Positions 24,429 to 36,698 of a DNA stretch of 64,000 nucleotides are shown here, piece by piece (within the stretch, counting starts at the first letter, position 1; every line of letters starts with the position of its first letter). The stretch is from Mobula birostris. Taxonomy: Eukaryota. Made by a program: the position numbers and the translations under genes. The notes under the pieces were generated by a model. That model had not been told where the DNA came from. It ran no database searches and saw nothing but the letters and a program-made list of their open reading frames with translations. The stretch is from assembly GCF_030028105.1 (NCBI RefSeq), contig NC_092382.1:100270699-100334698 (forward strand). The letters run 5' to 3'.

Positions 24429-26915
24429 TAGAACCATAGTACCATAGAGCGAACAGCACAGAAACAGGCCTTTTGGCCCTTCTTGGCTGTGCCGAACCAT
24501 TTTCTGCCTAGTCCCACTGACCTGCACACGGACCATATCCCTCCATACGCCTCCCATTCATGTATCTGTCAAATTTATTCTTAAATGTTAAAAAAGAACC
24601 CGCGTTTACCACCTCGTCTAGCAGCTTATTCCATACTCCCACCACGCTCTGTGTGAAGAAGCCCCCCCAACGTTCCCTTTAAACTTTCCCCCCTCACCCT
24701 TAACCCATGTCCTCTGTTTTTTTTTTCTCCACTTGCCTCAGTGGAAAAAACCTGCTTGCATTCACTCTATCTATACCCATCATAACTTTATATACCTCTA
24801 TCAAATCTCCCCTCATTCTTCTACGCTCCAGGGAATAAAGTCCTAACCTATTCAACCTTTCTCTGTAACTGAGTTTCTCAAGTCCTGGAAACATCCTTGT
24901 AAACCTTCGCTGCACTCTTTCAACCTTATTTATATCCTTCCTGTAATTTGGTGACCAAAACTGAACACAATACTCCAGATTCGGCCTCACCAATGCCTTA
25001 TACAACCTCATCATAACATTCCAGCTCTGATACTCAATACTTCGATTAATAAAGGCCAATATACCAAAAGCTCTCTTTACGACCCTATCTACCTGTGACG
25101 GAACTTTTAGGGAATTATGTATCTGTATTCCCAGATCCCTCTGTTCTACTGCACTCCTCAGTGCCTTACCATTAACCCTGTTTGTTCTACCTTTGCTTGT
25201 CCTTCCAACGTGCAATACCTCACACTTGTCTGTATTAAACTCCATCTGCCATGTTTCAGCCCATTTTTCCAGCTGGTCCAAGTCCCTCTGCAGGCTCTGA
25301 AAACCTTCCTCACTGTCTACTATACCTCCAATCTTTGTATCATCAGCAAATTTGCTGATACAATTTGCCACATTATCATCCAGATCATTGATATAGATGA
25401 CGAAAACAATGGACACAGCACTGATCCCTGTGGCACACCACTAGTCACAGGCTCCACTCAGAGAAGCAATCCTGTACTAGCACTCTTTGGCTTCTTCCAT
25501 TCAGCCAATGTCTAATCCAATTTACCTCCTCTCCATGTATACCTAGCGACTGAATTTTCCTAACTAACCTCCCATGCGTGACCTTGTCAAAGGCCTTATT
25601 GAAGTCCATGTAGAAAATATCCACTGCCTTCCCTTCATCCACTTTCCTGGTAACATCGTCGAAAAACACCAACAGATTGGTCAAAGATGACCTACCGCGC
25701 AGAAGGCCATGTTGACTCTCCCTAATAAGTCCCTGTCTATCGAAATGCGTGTAGATTCTGTCTCTTAGTACTCCCTCTAATAACTTAACTACTACCGACG
25801 TTAAACTTACTGGCCTATAATTTCCCGGATTACTTTTCGATCCTTTTTTAAACAACGGAACAACATGAGCCATTCTCCAATCCTCCGGCACCTCGCCTGT
25901 AAACAGCGACATTTTAAATATTTCTGCCAGGGCCCCTGCAATTTCAACACTAGTCTCCTTCAAGGTCCGAGGGAACGCCCTATCAGGTCCCGGGGATTTA
26001 TCCACTTTAATTTTCCTCAAGATAACAAGGACCTCCTCCTTTTCGATCTGACAGTTTCCATGATCTCGCGACCTGTTTCCCTTAATTCCATAGACTTCAT
26101 GCCAGTTTCCTTAGTAAATACAGACGCAAAAAACCTATTTAAGATCTCCCCCATTTTCTTTGGTTCTGCACATAGCCGACCACTGTGATCTTCAAGAGGA
26201 CCAATTTTATCCCTTACAATCCTTTAGCTCTTAATATACCTGCAAAAGCTCTTTGGATTATCCTTCACTTTGACTGCCAAGGCAACCTCATGTCTCCTTT
26301 TAGTCCTCTTGATTATTTTCTTAAGTATTTTCTTCCACTTCTTATACTCCTCAAGCACCTTATTTACTCCCTGCTCCCTATACATGTCATACAACTCCCT
26401 CTTCTTCTTTATCAGAGTTGCAATATCCCTTATTCCTATTCACTTTGCCTTTAATCCTGACAGGAACATACAAACTCTGCACTCTCAAAATTTCTCTTTT
26501 GAAGGCTTCCCACCTACCGATCACAGCCTTGCCACAGAACAACCTGTCCTAATCCATGCTTTTTAGATCCTCTCCCATTTCTTCAAATTTGGCCTTCTTC
26601 CAGTTAAGAACCTCAACCCTAGGACCAGATTTATCCTTGTCCATGATCAAGTTGAAACTAATGGTGTTTTGATCACTGGAACCAAAATGCTCCCCATACA
26701 CAGACTTTTGTCACTTGTCCTAACTCGTTTCCTAACAGGAGATTCAATATTGCATCCGCTCTAGTTGGTCCCTCTAAATATTGATTTAGAAAACTTTCCT
26801 GAACACATTTTACAAACTCTAAACCATCTAGACCCCTAACAGTATTGTAGTCCCAATCAATATATGGAAAAGTAAAATCCCCTACCACCACAACTTTATG
26901 TTTCCTGCAGTTGCC
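24429..26915 (-). mobile_element. CR1 LINE, partial EN + RT + 3'UTR, with frameshifts
   Basis: ORFs 26673-26930, 25445-26020 and 24700-25416; a 1-nt deletion near 25452 relative to the mirror copy. Confidence 0.93.
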
Positions 26916-27774
26916 TGTCGACTTCATCACGTTCGGGGCACCGCATTAACAAACCCCACACGTTCGTGACGTCGCTGCATCGGAAATGGAACTGAAGGGA
27001 AGGAGGGGTGAGACGGATCGGGCGTTTGAGTGCGCAGGGCTTCGAAGGAGAGATAAATGGTGGATAAGTGAGGGGATTAGCGTTGGAAAGTCGTGGCAAA
27101 TGAAGGCAGATGAAAAATGAGGTTACTGTGCTCCATCTTTCCGAACACTAAATGCTTCATTGACCAGAGGGAGATCAAGTCCGAAGCGGGATGGGGAGAG
27201 GGACAGAGAGAGACAGACATGTGGGAGTGGAGAAAAATAATTGAATTGAAATGAATTGAATTGAATTGACTTTCATAAACAGGAGGAGTAAAAATCTATA
27301 TGTTACCAAAGAGCGAGTTGGGGAGAATGCAAATTGTGGACACACACACACACACCCACCCACTGACAGAGACAGAAAGAAAGGGGAGGGAATGAGTGCA
27401 AAACCCTTAAGAGAATTTTATGCAGTGACAGACAGGGGTTCGAATACATGCCGTAGAAAACCTAGATCACAACAGCAAGAATTTTGCTCTTTCTCCCACT
27501 ATTTCTATGATAAAAACGCTGCCAGATTTTGATGAGAGAGTTCGGATGGATCTCCGCTGATGGGCACATCGATGCCGATCGGTTAAATCGAGGGAAGAGG
27601 CTTGAATAATTTCCAGTACCTTCCAGTAAGAGGTAAACAGCGAATCTGTCTGTTCACATCTGATGTGTTTCGTTCTAAAACTACCACTGATCAAAGAAAG
27701 ATGATTTATTACTGGGGATCATGGCCTGGATTTCCTGTGAGAAGTTTTGTTAAATACCTTACTCCCCGAGAAAG

Positions 27775-27913
27775 GGACATCGGAACCTGATTTACTCGGT
27801 GGCCGAACTGACGGCGGACTCATTAACCGCCAGGAGGCAGCACTACCAGTTCAATTTGACTTCCAGCGGTCTGACTGCCAATCATTTCCCTCGCTCCGTA
27901 GATTCACACGGCC
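27775..27913 (+). pseudogene. 3' remnant of a TCR V (mirror 47634-47772, minus)
   Basis: RNLIYSVAELTADSLTARRQHYQFNLTSSGLTANH followed by heptamer-like CACGGCC; 5' half and YxC missing. Confidence 0.6.
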
Positions 27914-28683
27914 CCGTCACGAGATGGTGACGTTACAGTGGGGCGTGACTGTGCACGTGGTGGGGGTGGGGGCGGGGTAGTAGTCCAAAGAGAGGCAAAG
28001 GAGGGAAAGAGAGTCTGTCACAAAAACGGTGTGAACGCTTTTGGTCAGAGCGGGGACGGGGTCCATCAATGAAAGAGAGGACGAGGGGAAGAGAATGTTA
28101 AACAACCTTCTCTCTCCGCGCAGTGACCGAGACAATAAGCCGTTTCTCATTCGGCAAATTGCTACCGAATTTGCTAAAAATTTACAAACATTGCCGGACT
28201 TCGGGAGCGGAGAAACAGCAGATCGACTTCAATCCGGATTACACGAGGACGCTGCACTTCGCGAGTACACACTCTGTATGGTTAAACAGCATTTGTTCTC
28301 GGTGGGGCTGGTTGCTGATTATAAGCAGAACGGACGCTTTCGCTCTTCAGAGGAACCGTTTGAAGAGGGGCTGGTGGCGGGTGGTCGCGGTCACAACGTC
28401 AGGGACATACGGCAGAACTCCGGACCCTGCAGCCTCATCGCTCCGTGCCGGCTGTATAGTGTTCATTCGTATTTGTGCGAAATTCGCATATTATCCTCCG
28501 GAGCGAAAGCACATTAAACGTTGTAACCAAGGCTAACCAGAGGGGGGGAACCGAGGCTATTCCTCGCTCTGACCGAAAGACCCGCCCCATTATTTGACTG
28601 ACAGCCTCTGTCGTATCGCCCCTCAGTGCGGAGGGCACCTGCCCTCTTTTTATTGACAGTCGCTCCCCTCCCCCAGAGTTGGA

Positions 28684-28722
28684 GGTTTTTGTTCGGTTCC
28701 ACCATCTGTTCGGGCGGCTGTG
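28684..28722 (-). other. 23-RSS of V-D3
   Basis: CACAGCC + 23 nt + ACAAAAACC. Confidence 0.92.
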
Positions 28723-29290
28723 TAAACTCCAGGCGCAGAAATAACGAGCCGAGTGACTCGCAGTCAGGCTTTGAGAAGTCAGATTGAACTGGTTGTCCCG
28801 CCTCTTCGCCGTTAACCCGTCCGCTGTTTCCTTCGGTACCACATGCGTTTTGGTCATCGAGTAGATCAGGTACTGAGGACCACTCCCCGGGTACTGTCTG
28901 TACCAGTACATATTATCAGTATCAACCCCTCCTTCCACCGTGCACTGCAACTCCATTCCGCTGCCGGGCATGGCGGAGAGTGCGGGCTGAGTCTGCCGGA
29001 CGGTCACCGAGTTCCCACCTGCAGACAGAGAGCGGGAAACCGGTGAGGAATAAGAGACGTGTTGACCGAGTGGGGAGCAGCGACTGGCGGAAAGAGACGG
29101 AAGTGTAACAGGGCAGTGAGACTATCAGTCAGTGGCTGGGCGGTGGAACCCGGGAAGAAAAATAATCGAGAATAGAATATCTGATGAATGTGAAAGCGAG
29201 AGAGGGGAGAAATTAGACAGCGAACAAAATCAACTGACAGCCAATTGAGGACATGATCCACAGTAACAGAAACATCTTTCCTCGGTTCAT
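28723..29290 (-). CDS. TRBV: TCR V segment, family D (V-D3), apparently functional
   Basis: Leader 29239-29290 MNRGKMFLLLWIMSSIG with GTCAGT donor; open exon 28723-29018 ending YFCAWSL. Confidence 0.88.
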
Positions 29291-29494
29291 TCCTTCGCAA
29301 TATCGAAGGAGAAGAGGTGGTAAAGTGGAAGCAGGATTAGACAGATTCGCTCTTTACCGATGGTTGTGACATTATATATCGGAGTTAAGACACGCCCCTT
29401 TTCCTGATGTAACCAATCCGAATCAATTGACAGTCAATGTAATTCGGTCCGAAACACTGTAATGTATAGTACTCCGTTGAATTTTATGTTATCT

Positions 29495-29664
29495 NNNNNN
29501 NNNNNNNNNNNNNNNNNNNNNNNNNNNNNNNNNNNNNNNNNNNNNNNNNNNNNNNNNNNNNNNNNNNNNNNNNNNNNNNNNNNNNNNNNNNNNNNNNNNN
29601 NNNNNNNNNNNNNNNNNNNNNNNNNNNNNNNNNNNNNNNNNNNNNNNNNNNNNNNNNNNNNNNN
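29495..29664. other. Assembly gap (others at 42468-42609, 45898-46053, 61868-62050)
   Basis: Runs of N; three lie at or opposite low-complexity tracts or arm ends. Confidence 1.
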
Positions 29665-29927
29665 AATCTCTCCCTCCCTCTCTCTCATTTTCTCTCTTCC
29701 TCTCGGTCTCTCTTTCTCTCTCGCTCTCTCACACACACACACTCTCTCTCTACCTTTCCGAATGTCCTTCTCTCTCTTTCTCTCTCGTTAACTCTTTCTC
29801 TTTCCTCTTGTCTATCTCTCTCTCTCTCTCTCTCTCACTCTCTCTGTCGCTCTCTTTCTCTCTCTATTTCTCGGCTGTGTAGCGCAGTGTTCTGCAGATC
29901 ACTGAAGAGCAATTAGGTCCCTACAAC

Positions 29928-32900
29928 AGGGCCTGAGAAATGACTATTCAAAGATATACGTCCTATCGAAAGGACAGACTGATGGGTAGAGGGGGTGGGG
30001 TGGCTCTGTTGGTGAGGAATGATATTCAGTCCCTTGCGTGGGGGGACATAGAATCAGGAGACGTAGAGTCAGCAGGAATGGAACTGAGAAATTCTAAGGG
30101 TAGACAGACCTTAATGGGAGTTATCTACAGGCCCCCAAACAGTAGTCTGGATGTAGGGTGTAAGTTGAATCAAGAGTTAAAATTGGCATGTCGCAAAGGT
30201 AATGCTACAGTTGTTATGGGGGATTTCAACATGCAGGTAGACTGGAGGAATCAGGTTGGTACTGGGCCCCAAGAAAGGGAGTTTGTGGAGTCCCTCTGAG
30301 CTGGATTCTTAGAACAGCTTGTACTGGAGCCTACCAGAGAGAATTCAATTCTAGATTTAGTGTTGTGCAATGAACCGGATTTGATCAGGGACCTCGAGGT
30401 AAAGGAGCCATTAGGAGGTAGTGACCATAATATGGTAAGTTTTAATCTACAATTTGAGAGGGAGAAGGGAAACTCGGAAGTGTCATTATTACAGTTGAAC
30501 AAAGGGAACTATGGTGCTATGACGGAGGAGCTGGCCAAAGTTCAATGGAACAATACCCTAGCAGAGATAACAGTGGAACAACAATGGCAAGTGTTTCTGG
30601 GAATAATGCGGAAAGTGCAGGATCAGTTCGTTCCAAACAGGAAGAAAGATCTTAAGGGGAGTAAGGGGAGGCCGTGGCTTACAAGGGAAGTAATGGACAG
30701 TATAAAAATAAAAGAGAAGAAGTATAACATAGCCAGGACTAGTGGGACGCCGGAGGATTGAGAAACATTTAAAGAGCAACAGAAGGTAACTAAAAAGGCA
30801 ATACGTGGAGAATATGGGGTGTCAGAGAAGGGTAGCACCTCTGGTGGGGAACATGTCGCGTCCTTTTCAAGGCGGTTAGTCCACCTTTGTCCGCACCTGG
30901 CACTCAGCTCTCATCTGTGGCTCCCCGTAGCTGTTTGCATGCGACACCAGCCACACCCCGGGCAACGGCTTCGACAAGCCGGCTAAACCAGGCGAGGGTA
31001 GCCGACGGGTCTCAAACCCTCGGTGAGATAAGGAGTTGTCTATCCCAGCATGTGAAGACAGACTCCGGCGGATAGAGCAGACGAGACCAATGGAAGGTCC
31101 AATGGTCAAGAAGCCGGTATCTGCAAACGTCGTGGAACGTGTGGGGCAGGACAAGACACGGAAGACGTCCTGGTCATCCACTGCGCCTAGTCCCATCTCC
31201 AGCCGTCTCGACTCTGTCTTGCCACTGGATCCAGATGGGAATTGGGAAGAGTGAGTGTGGCTGACGCTGCGCAACTCTCCCTCACTTAAATCCAATCATG
31301 CGCTAGTCTCGACACCATCATAATGGTGTCGTGGGCCTCATCGACGTCAGGGATGGACAAACAACAACGTCGAGAAAACGTGAGGTACGAAGGTAAACTA
31401 GCCAAGAATATAAAAGAGGATAGTAAAAGCTTCTTTAGGTAAGTGAAAAGGAAAAAAATAGTTAAGACCAAAATTTGGCCCTTGAAGAGAGAAGCGGGTG
31501 AATTTATTATGGGGAACAAGGAAATGACAGACGAGTTGAACAGGTACTTTGGATCTGTCTTCACTAGGAAAGACACAATCTCCCAGTGCCCAAAATACCT
31601 AGGGTAATGGATGAATTGAAGGAAGTTTACATTAGGCAGGAAATGGTGTTGGATAGACTGTTGGGTCTGAAGGCTGGTAAGTCCCCGGGACCTGATGGTC
31701 TGCATCCCAGGGTACTTAAGGAGGTGGTTTTAGAAATCGTGGACGCTTTGGTAATCATTTTCCAATGTTCTATAGATTCAGGATCAGTTCCTGTGGATTG
31801 GAGGGTGGTTAATGTTGTCTCTCTCTTCAAGAAGGGACGAAGAGATAAAACAGGGAATTATAGACCGGTTAGCCTGACGTGGATGGTGGGAAAGATGCTG
31901 GAGTCAATTATAAAAGATGAAAATACGACACATCTGAATAGTAGTAACAGGATTGGTCCGAGTCAGCATGGATTTACGAAGCGAAATCGTGCTTGACTAA
32001 TCTTCTGGAATTTTTTGAGGATGTAACTATGAAAATGGACAAGGGAGAGCCAGTGGATGGAATGTACCTGGACTTTCAGAAAGCCTTTGATAAAGTCCCA
32101 CATAGGAGATTAGTGGGCAAAATTAGAGCAAATGGTATTGGGGGCAGAGTACTGACATGGATAGAAAATTGGCTGGCTGACAGAAAACAAAGGGTAACGT
32201 TTAACGGGTCCCTTTCGGAATGGCAGGCGCTGTCCAGTGGGGTACCGCAGGGTACAGTGCTGGGACCGCAGCTGTTTACAATATATATTAATGATTTAGA
32301 TGAGGGAATTAAAAGTAATATTAGCAGATTTGACGATGACACAAAGCTGGGAGGCAGTGTGAAATGTGAGGAGGATGTTATGAGAATGCAGGGTGACCTG
32401 GACAGGCTGGGTGAGTGGGCAGATGCATGGCAGATGCAGTTTAATATGGATAAATGTGATGTTATCCACTTTGGTGGTAAGAACGGGAAGGCAGGTTATT
32501 ACCTGAATGGAGTCAAGTTAGGAAAAGGGGAAGCACAGCGAGATCTAGGTGTTCTTGTACATCAGTCACTGAAAGCAAGCATGCAAGTACAGCAGGCAGT
32601 GAAAAAAGCTAATGGCATGCTGGCCTTTATAACAAGGGGAACTGAGTATAAGAGCAAAGAGGTCCTTCTGCAACTGTACAGGGCCCTGGTGAGACCACAC
32701 CTGGAGTACTGTGTGCAGTTATGGTCTCCAAATTTGAGGAAGGACATTCTTGCTATTGAGCGAGTGCAGCGTCGGTTCACAAGGTTAATTCCCGGGATGG
32801 CGGGGCTGTCATATGTCGAAAGATTGAAGCGACTGGGCTTGTATACTCTGGAATTTAGAAGGCTGAGAGGGGATCTGATTGAAACATCTAAGATTATTAA

Positions 32901-33263
32901 GGGATTGGACACGGTGGAGGCAGGAAGCATGTTCCCGCCGATGGGTGAGTCCAGAACCAGAGGCCACAGTTTAAGAATTAGGGGTAGGTCATTTAGAACG
33001 GAGTTGCGGAAAAACTTTTTCACCCAGAGAGTGGTGGATATGTGGAATGCTCCGCCCCAGAAGGCAGTGGAGGCCAAGTCTCTGGATGCTTTCAAAAAAG
33101 AGATGGATAGAGCTCTTAAAGATAGTAGATTCAAGGGTTATGGGGGTTATGAGGCAGGAACTGGATACTGATAGTGGATGATCAGCCATGACCACAGTGA
33201 ATGGCGGTGCTGACTCGAAGGTCCGAATGGCCTACTCCTGTCCCTGTTGTCTATTTCTACTGT
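29928..33263 (+). mobile_element. Near-complete CR1 ORF2 (EN + RT) with 3'UTR, decayed
   Basis: EN motifs (GVIYRPPNS, VVMGDFN), 392-aa RT ORF 31993-33171; flanked by CTACAAC/CTATAAC; empty paralogous site at 11231-11237. Confidence 0.93.
30813..31366 (+). mobile_element. 554-bp non-coding retroelement (SINE-like or RTE-derived) nested in CR1
   Basis: 10-bp TSD ACGTGGAGAA/ACGTCGAGAA; 3' hairpin CGACACCAT-CATA-ATGGTGTCG; (CAA)n tail; the CR1 sequence resumes across it. Confidence 0.8.
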
Positions 33264-34252
33264 CTATAACCGTCTGGCTCCTGAACCAGCGCGGATGTCT
33301 TCGCCCAGGGAAGGGGGGCAACTGGTCCTGAGGATGCACGACCTCATCAATGTCTTGTGAAAATGCAATGCAATCCTCCAACATCTGCAGTCAGTGCTCT
33401 GACTGTTGAAGGCCATCGAGTCAAACGGCTTCTTCCCCGTCGTGTCGACGTGCGGGGTCCTCATTCAGGGAACCATACACCTGAATGGCGCTGGAAGTGG
33501 ATACCAACGGTCTTTCTAAGAGTCTCCGAAAGAGGTACATGGAGCTTCGAAAACTAGAGGGCCTTGCTCTAGGGAAATTCTAGGCAGTTTCCAGAGTAGG
33601 TTACATGGTCGGCACAACGTTGTGGGCCGAAACGCCTGTAATGTGCTGCGGATCTCTATGTTCTGTTTTATGTTCAATGCATACTTGCTTTTCCTGGGCA
33701 CTGGGTGCGCTGACTGCCAACACCAATGCACCTTAAGACTGCGTCCTCGACGCTCATGAATGCTAGGTATGCACCTTCAAAGGTCACCCAGGTTACGGTC
33801 TCTTCTCGTTACTTTGTCACCCTCTCAACGTCTGTTACCGTGCTCCAGCAACCCAAGAACCCGGCTGATTAAGTGCATACTCTGCCCATTTACTTCATCT
33901 CCCCAGAGCCCAGCATCTCACGCTTATCTCTCTTAAACTCTTCAATTTCTCCGCAACCGTACCAGAAAATGCCAGAAAAGCTCCGCAGGTGGGGCGGCGT
34001 CTGCGGGAAGAGGCCCGGTCAATCCTCCCGGACTACGTTATTATAGCCGAAGCCCGAGATGATTTGGCTACGGCAAAAGACAACGTTTCCTCTCTGCGAC
34101 ATTTCACACGGGAGAAGTCCCCAACGCAGCCCCTTTGTTTGTCAGTCACAGACTGTCTTCATGCTAGAGACCCGTCTCTTATTGACGGTCGCGCCGCTCT
34201 GTTTGTAATTGCAGGTTTTTGTTCGGTTTCACCATCTGTTCGCGTGGCTGTA

Positions 34253-35244
34253 TAAACTCCAGGCGCAGAAGTAGTGAGCCGAGGGATTCGTAGTCAGGCT
34301 GCTGGCAGTCAGGTTGAACTGGTTATCAAGCCTCTGGGCCCTCAGACCGTCCGTCGTTTCTTCCGGTTCCAGGTGAAAGCTGTTCGTCGAGTAAACCAGG
34401 AATTCGGGCCCGCTCCCCGGGGACTGTCTGCACCAGTACATCCTGTTAGTGTTGCTCCCTCCTTCCGCCGTGCACACGAGCGCCATCCCGCCGCCGGGCA
34501 GCGCGGAGAAGGCGGCTGGGGTCTGGCGGACGGTCACCGAACTCCCGCCTGCGGGAAGAGAGCGGAAAGTGGAGGAGCCCCGTCGTGGCCAGTCACAAGC
34601 ACGATTGGGAAAGGAAGAGAGTTGGCCGAGGGGCTTCTAACCCCATCCCGTAAAAACCCCGCGCCACAGAAACGTCAAGTCGCTCATCCCTGGGAGAGAG
34701 GGAGGGACTTGGATGGGTTACATCTGGGACAAGTTGAAAAGCTATCCCAGGACCGCGGATTCGGTGGCCTTCGCCCCGCTAGGGATGATGCCTCGAGTAA
34801 AATTAAGTTATGCTTCAGACTGTGTGTGCCTGAAAGTGTGTAGGAGGGAAAAGAGATGTCGGTGATCGAGGGAGGTGGGGGAGAGGAGAGTAGAGACGTG
34901 GAGACAGAGACTCGGAAGCAGCGTGGCCAAAGTGTCGGTCAAGCGTTCATACCGACGTCGCTCTGAGATTGGTTTTGACAAGAGTAATGGCCCGGCCGAG
35001 TCGGTTTCCGATATTTCTGGGGATGCGTGGTTAGTGAGTTGTCCGGGCTGGACTCAATGCAGGTCCGAGGCAGGGACGGGCTTCGATGCAGGAACAGAGA
35101 AAGAAAAATAAAATCGCCATGAGAGGAGAATAACAGAAAACGGTGGAAGCAGGGAGAGGTTGGAAATATGACACTAAATAAAGCGCACTTACATCCAAAG
35201 CAACTCATGATGCCCAGTATCAGAAACATCCTTCCGCAGGCCAT
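34253..35244 (-). pseudogene. TRBV: TCR V, family E: open frame but defective RSS (ORF/pseudogene)
   Basis: Leader 35193-35244 MACGRMFLILGIMSCFG + GTAAGT. Exon 34253-34548 is open but has WCRQ for WYRQ. Heptamer is TACAGCC (34246-34252); spacer 23 and nonamer ACAAAAACC are intact. Confidence 0.8.
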
Positions 35245-36499
35245 CGTCAGAGAATCGAGATGGACGGGACATGGAGTGCCCGACGGAAGAGAAGTCACTG
35301 TTGTTCTTTACGATGGTTGTGGGAGATCTCGGATGTTAGCCACGCCTCTTCTCCCGACTCAGCCAATCCGAATCAGTGTGGTCATCAGCATAGCAGCTCG
35401 GTCCGGCGCACCGTAAACTTCTGGTTCTCAACTCGAATTTCTTGAGCTTTAATTTGGGGTTATTTCTTAGCACACCTCCCATGTTTGACGAGGAATTACC
35501 TCTTAATACCCCTTACTCTCTCTCTCTGTCTCGCTCCCCAACACCCTGCCTCTCTCCCTGTCACTGTCTCTCTTCCCCTCTCTGTCTCTCTCCTTCCCTC
35601 TGCTCCTCCTCCTCTCTCTCTTTCTATCTCTCTTTCTCTGCCCTCTCTCTCTTTCTCTCTGTCCAGCACCATCCCCCCCCCCACCCCCCCCGCTTCGCAT
35701 GGTCAATTTCTCTGATGTTTGACAAGGAATTCCCTTTCAAAACCCCTTACTCTCTTTCTTTCTTTCTCCCCAACATTTATTCTGTCTCTCTCTGTCACTT
35801 ACTCTCTCTCTCTGCCCCTCTATTCCTCTCTTTCTCTCGCTCTCTTTTATTCTCTACCCACCTCTCTTGTTGTATCATGTGATATCATCCTGTTAATTCC
35901 TCCTTCCACCTTCTTTAACTCTGTGATCTACTACCGAGGGATTATTTCCCCCGTCGTTTAACCAGAACACATCTTGCGTCTCACGGACAGTAGTTTGGGT
36001 GATTTGCTTCAGAATGATCACATCCCTCCTTGCTGCCTTTGCCTTCACCACAGCAATCCCATTCTTTGACGTTGTAGGTTGTGCCCTGAAGTAACGATCT
36101 CTCTCTCTCTCTTTCTGTCTCCCCCTCCCGCTCTCTCTTTCCCTCCTCGCTCTTTCTCATTGACATATTGTGGAACAGTGTAATATTTGTAAAGGTTGGT
36201 AGGTCCTTGATTAGTGATGCCACCCAATATTACGGGGAGCAGACAAGAGAATTCTCCTGAAACGTTTAGTAAATCAGCCATTATGGAATGGCGGAACAGG
36301 CCTTACAAAACGTGTCGCCTGCAGCTTTATAAAACTATATGGCGTATACTCGCTTTATGCCGACTGGTATAGCTCCAGAATACTTTTTTTTTTTTTTGGC
36401 GTGCGCCTGCGTGCGTGCGCGTCTGTGCCTGTGCGTCTGCGTGTCCGTGATGAAGTCTTTTTCACGGCTTTGTACAAGGCGCTGAGCGAGAGAGACAGA

Positions 36500-36698
36500 G
36501 AGAGAGACTGTGTGGCGCGCCACTCCTCACACAGACATTTTTTTGCAGTATTTTCCCTTCGTTTTACGAGCTGCGATCTCGACTCTCAACGCGGCATGGA
36601 TGGAAAGCATACTCGGGGGCGGAGCAGACTAGTTTCGAACCCGGGGAACCTCCGGTCCCGGGTCCGGCGCCGATGTCGTTGCGCCACCAGCCGGCCCC
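36500..36698 (-). mobile_element. tRNA-derived SINE
   Basis: Minus strand begins GGGGCCGGCTGGTGGCGCAACG (A box) ... GGGTTCGAAAC (B box). Confidence 0.6.

Larger units (their letters stand above)
12262..29494. repeat. Left arm of the large inverted duplication
   Basis: Dozens of ORFs pair in mirror order with 46054-64000; coordinate sums are ~75550 for the inner part and ~76170-76270 for the outer part. Confidence 0.92.

Noticed and set aside
28041-28517. 158-aa ORF conserved in both arms (mirror 47030-47506) as a host gene
   Set aside because: Conservation is explained by the recent duplication; no recognisable domain or splice structure
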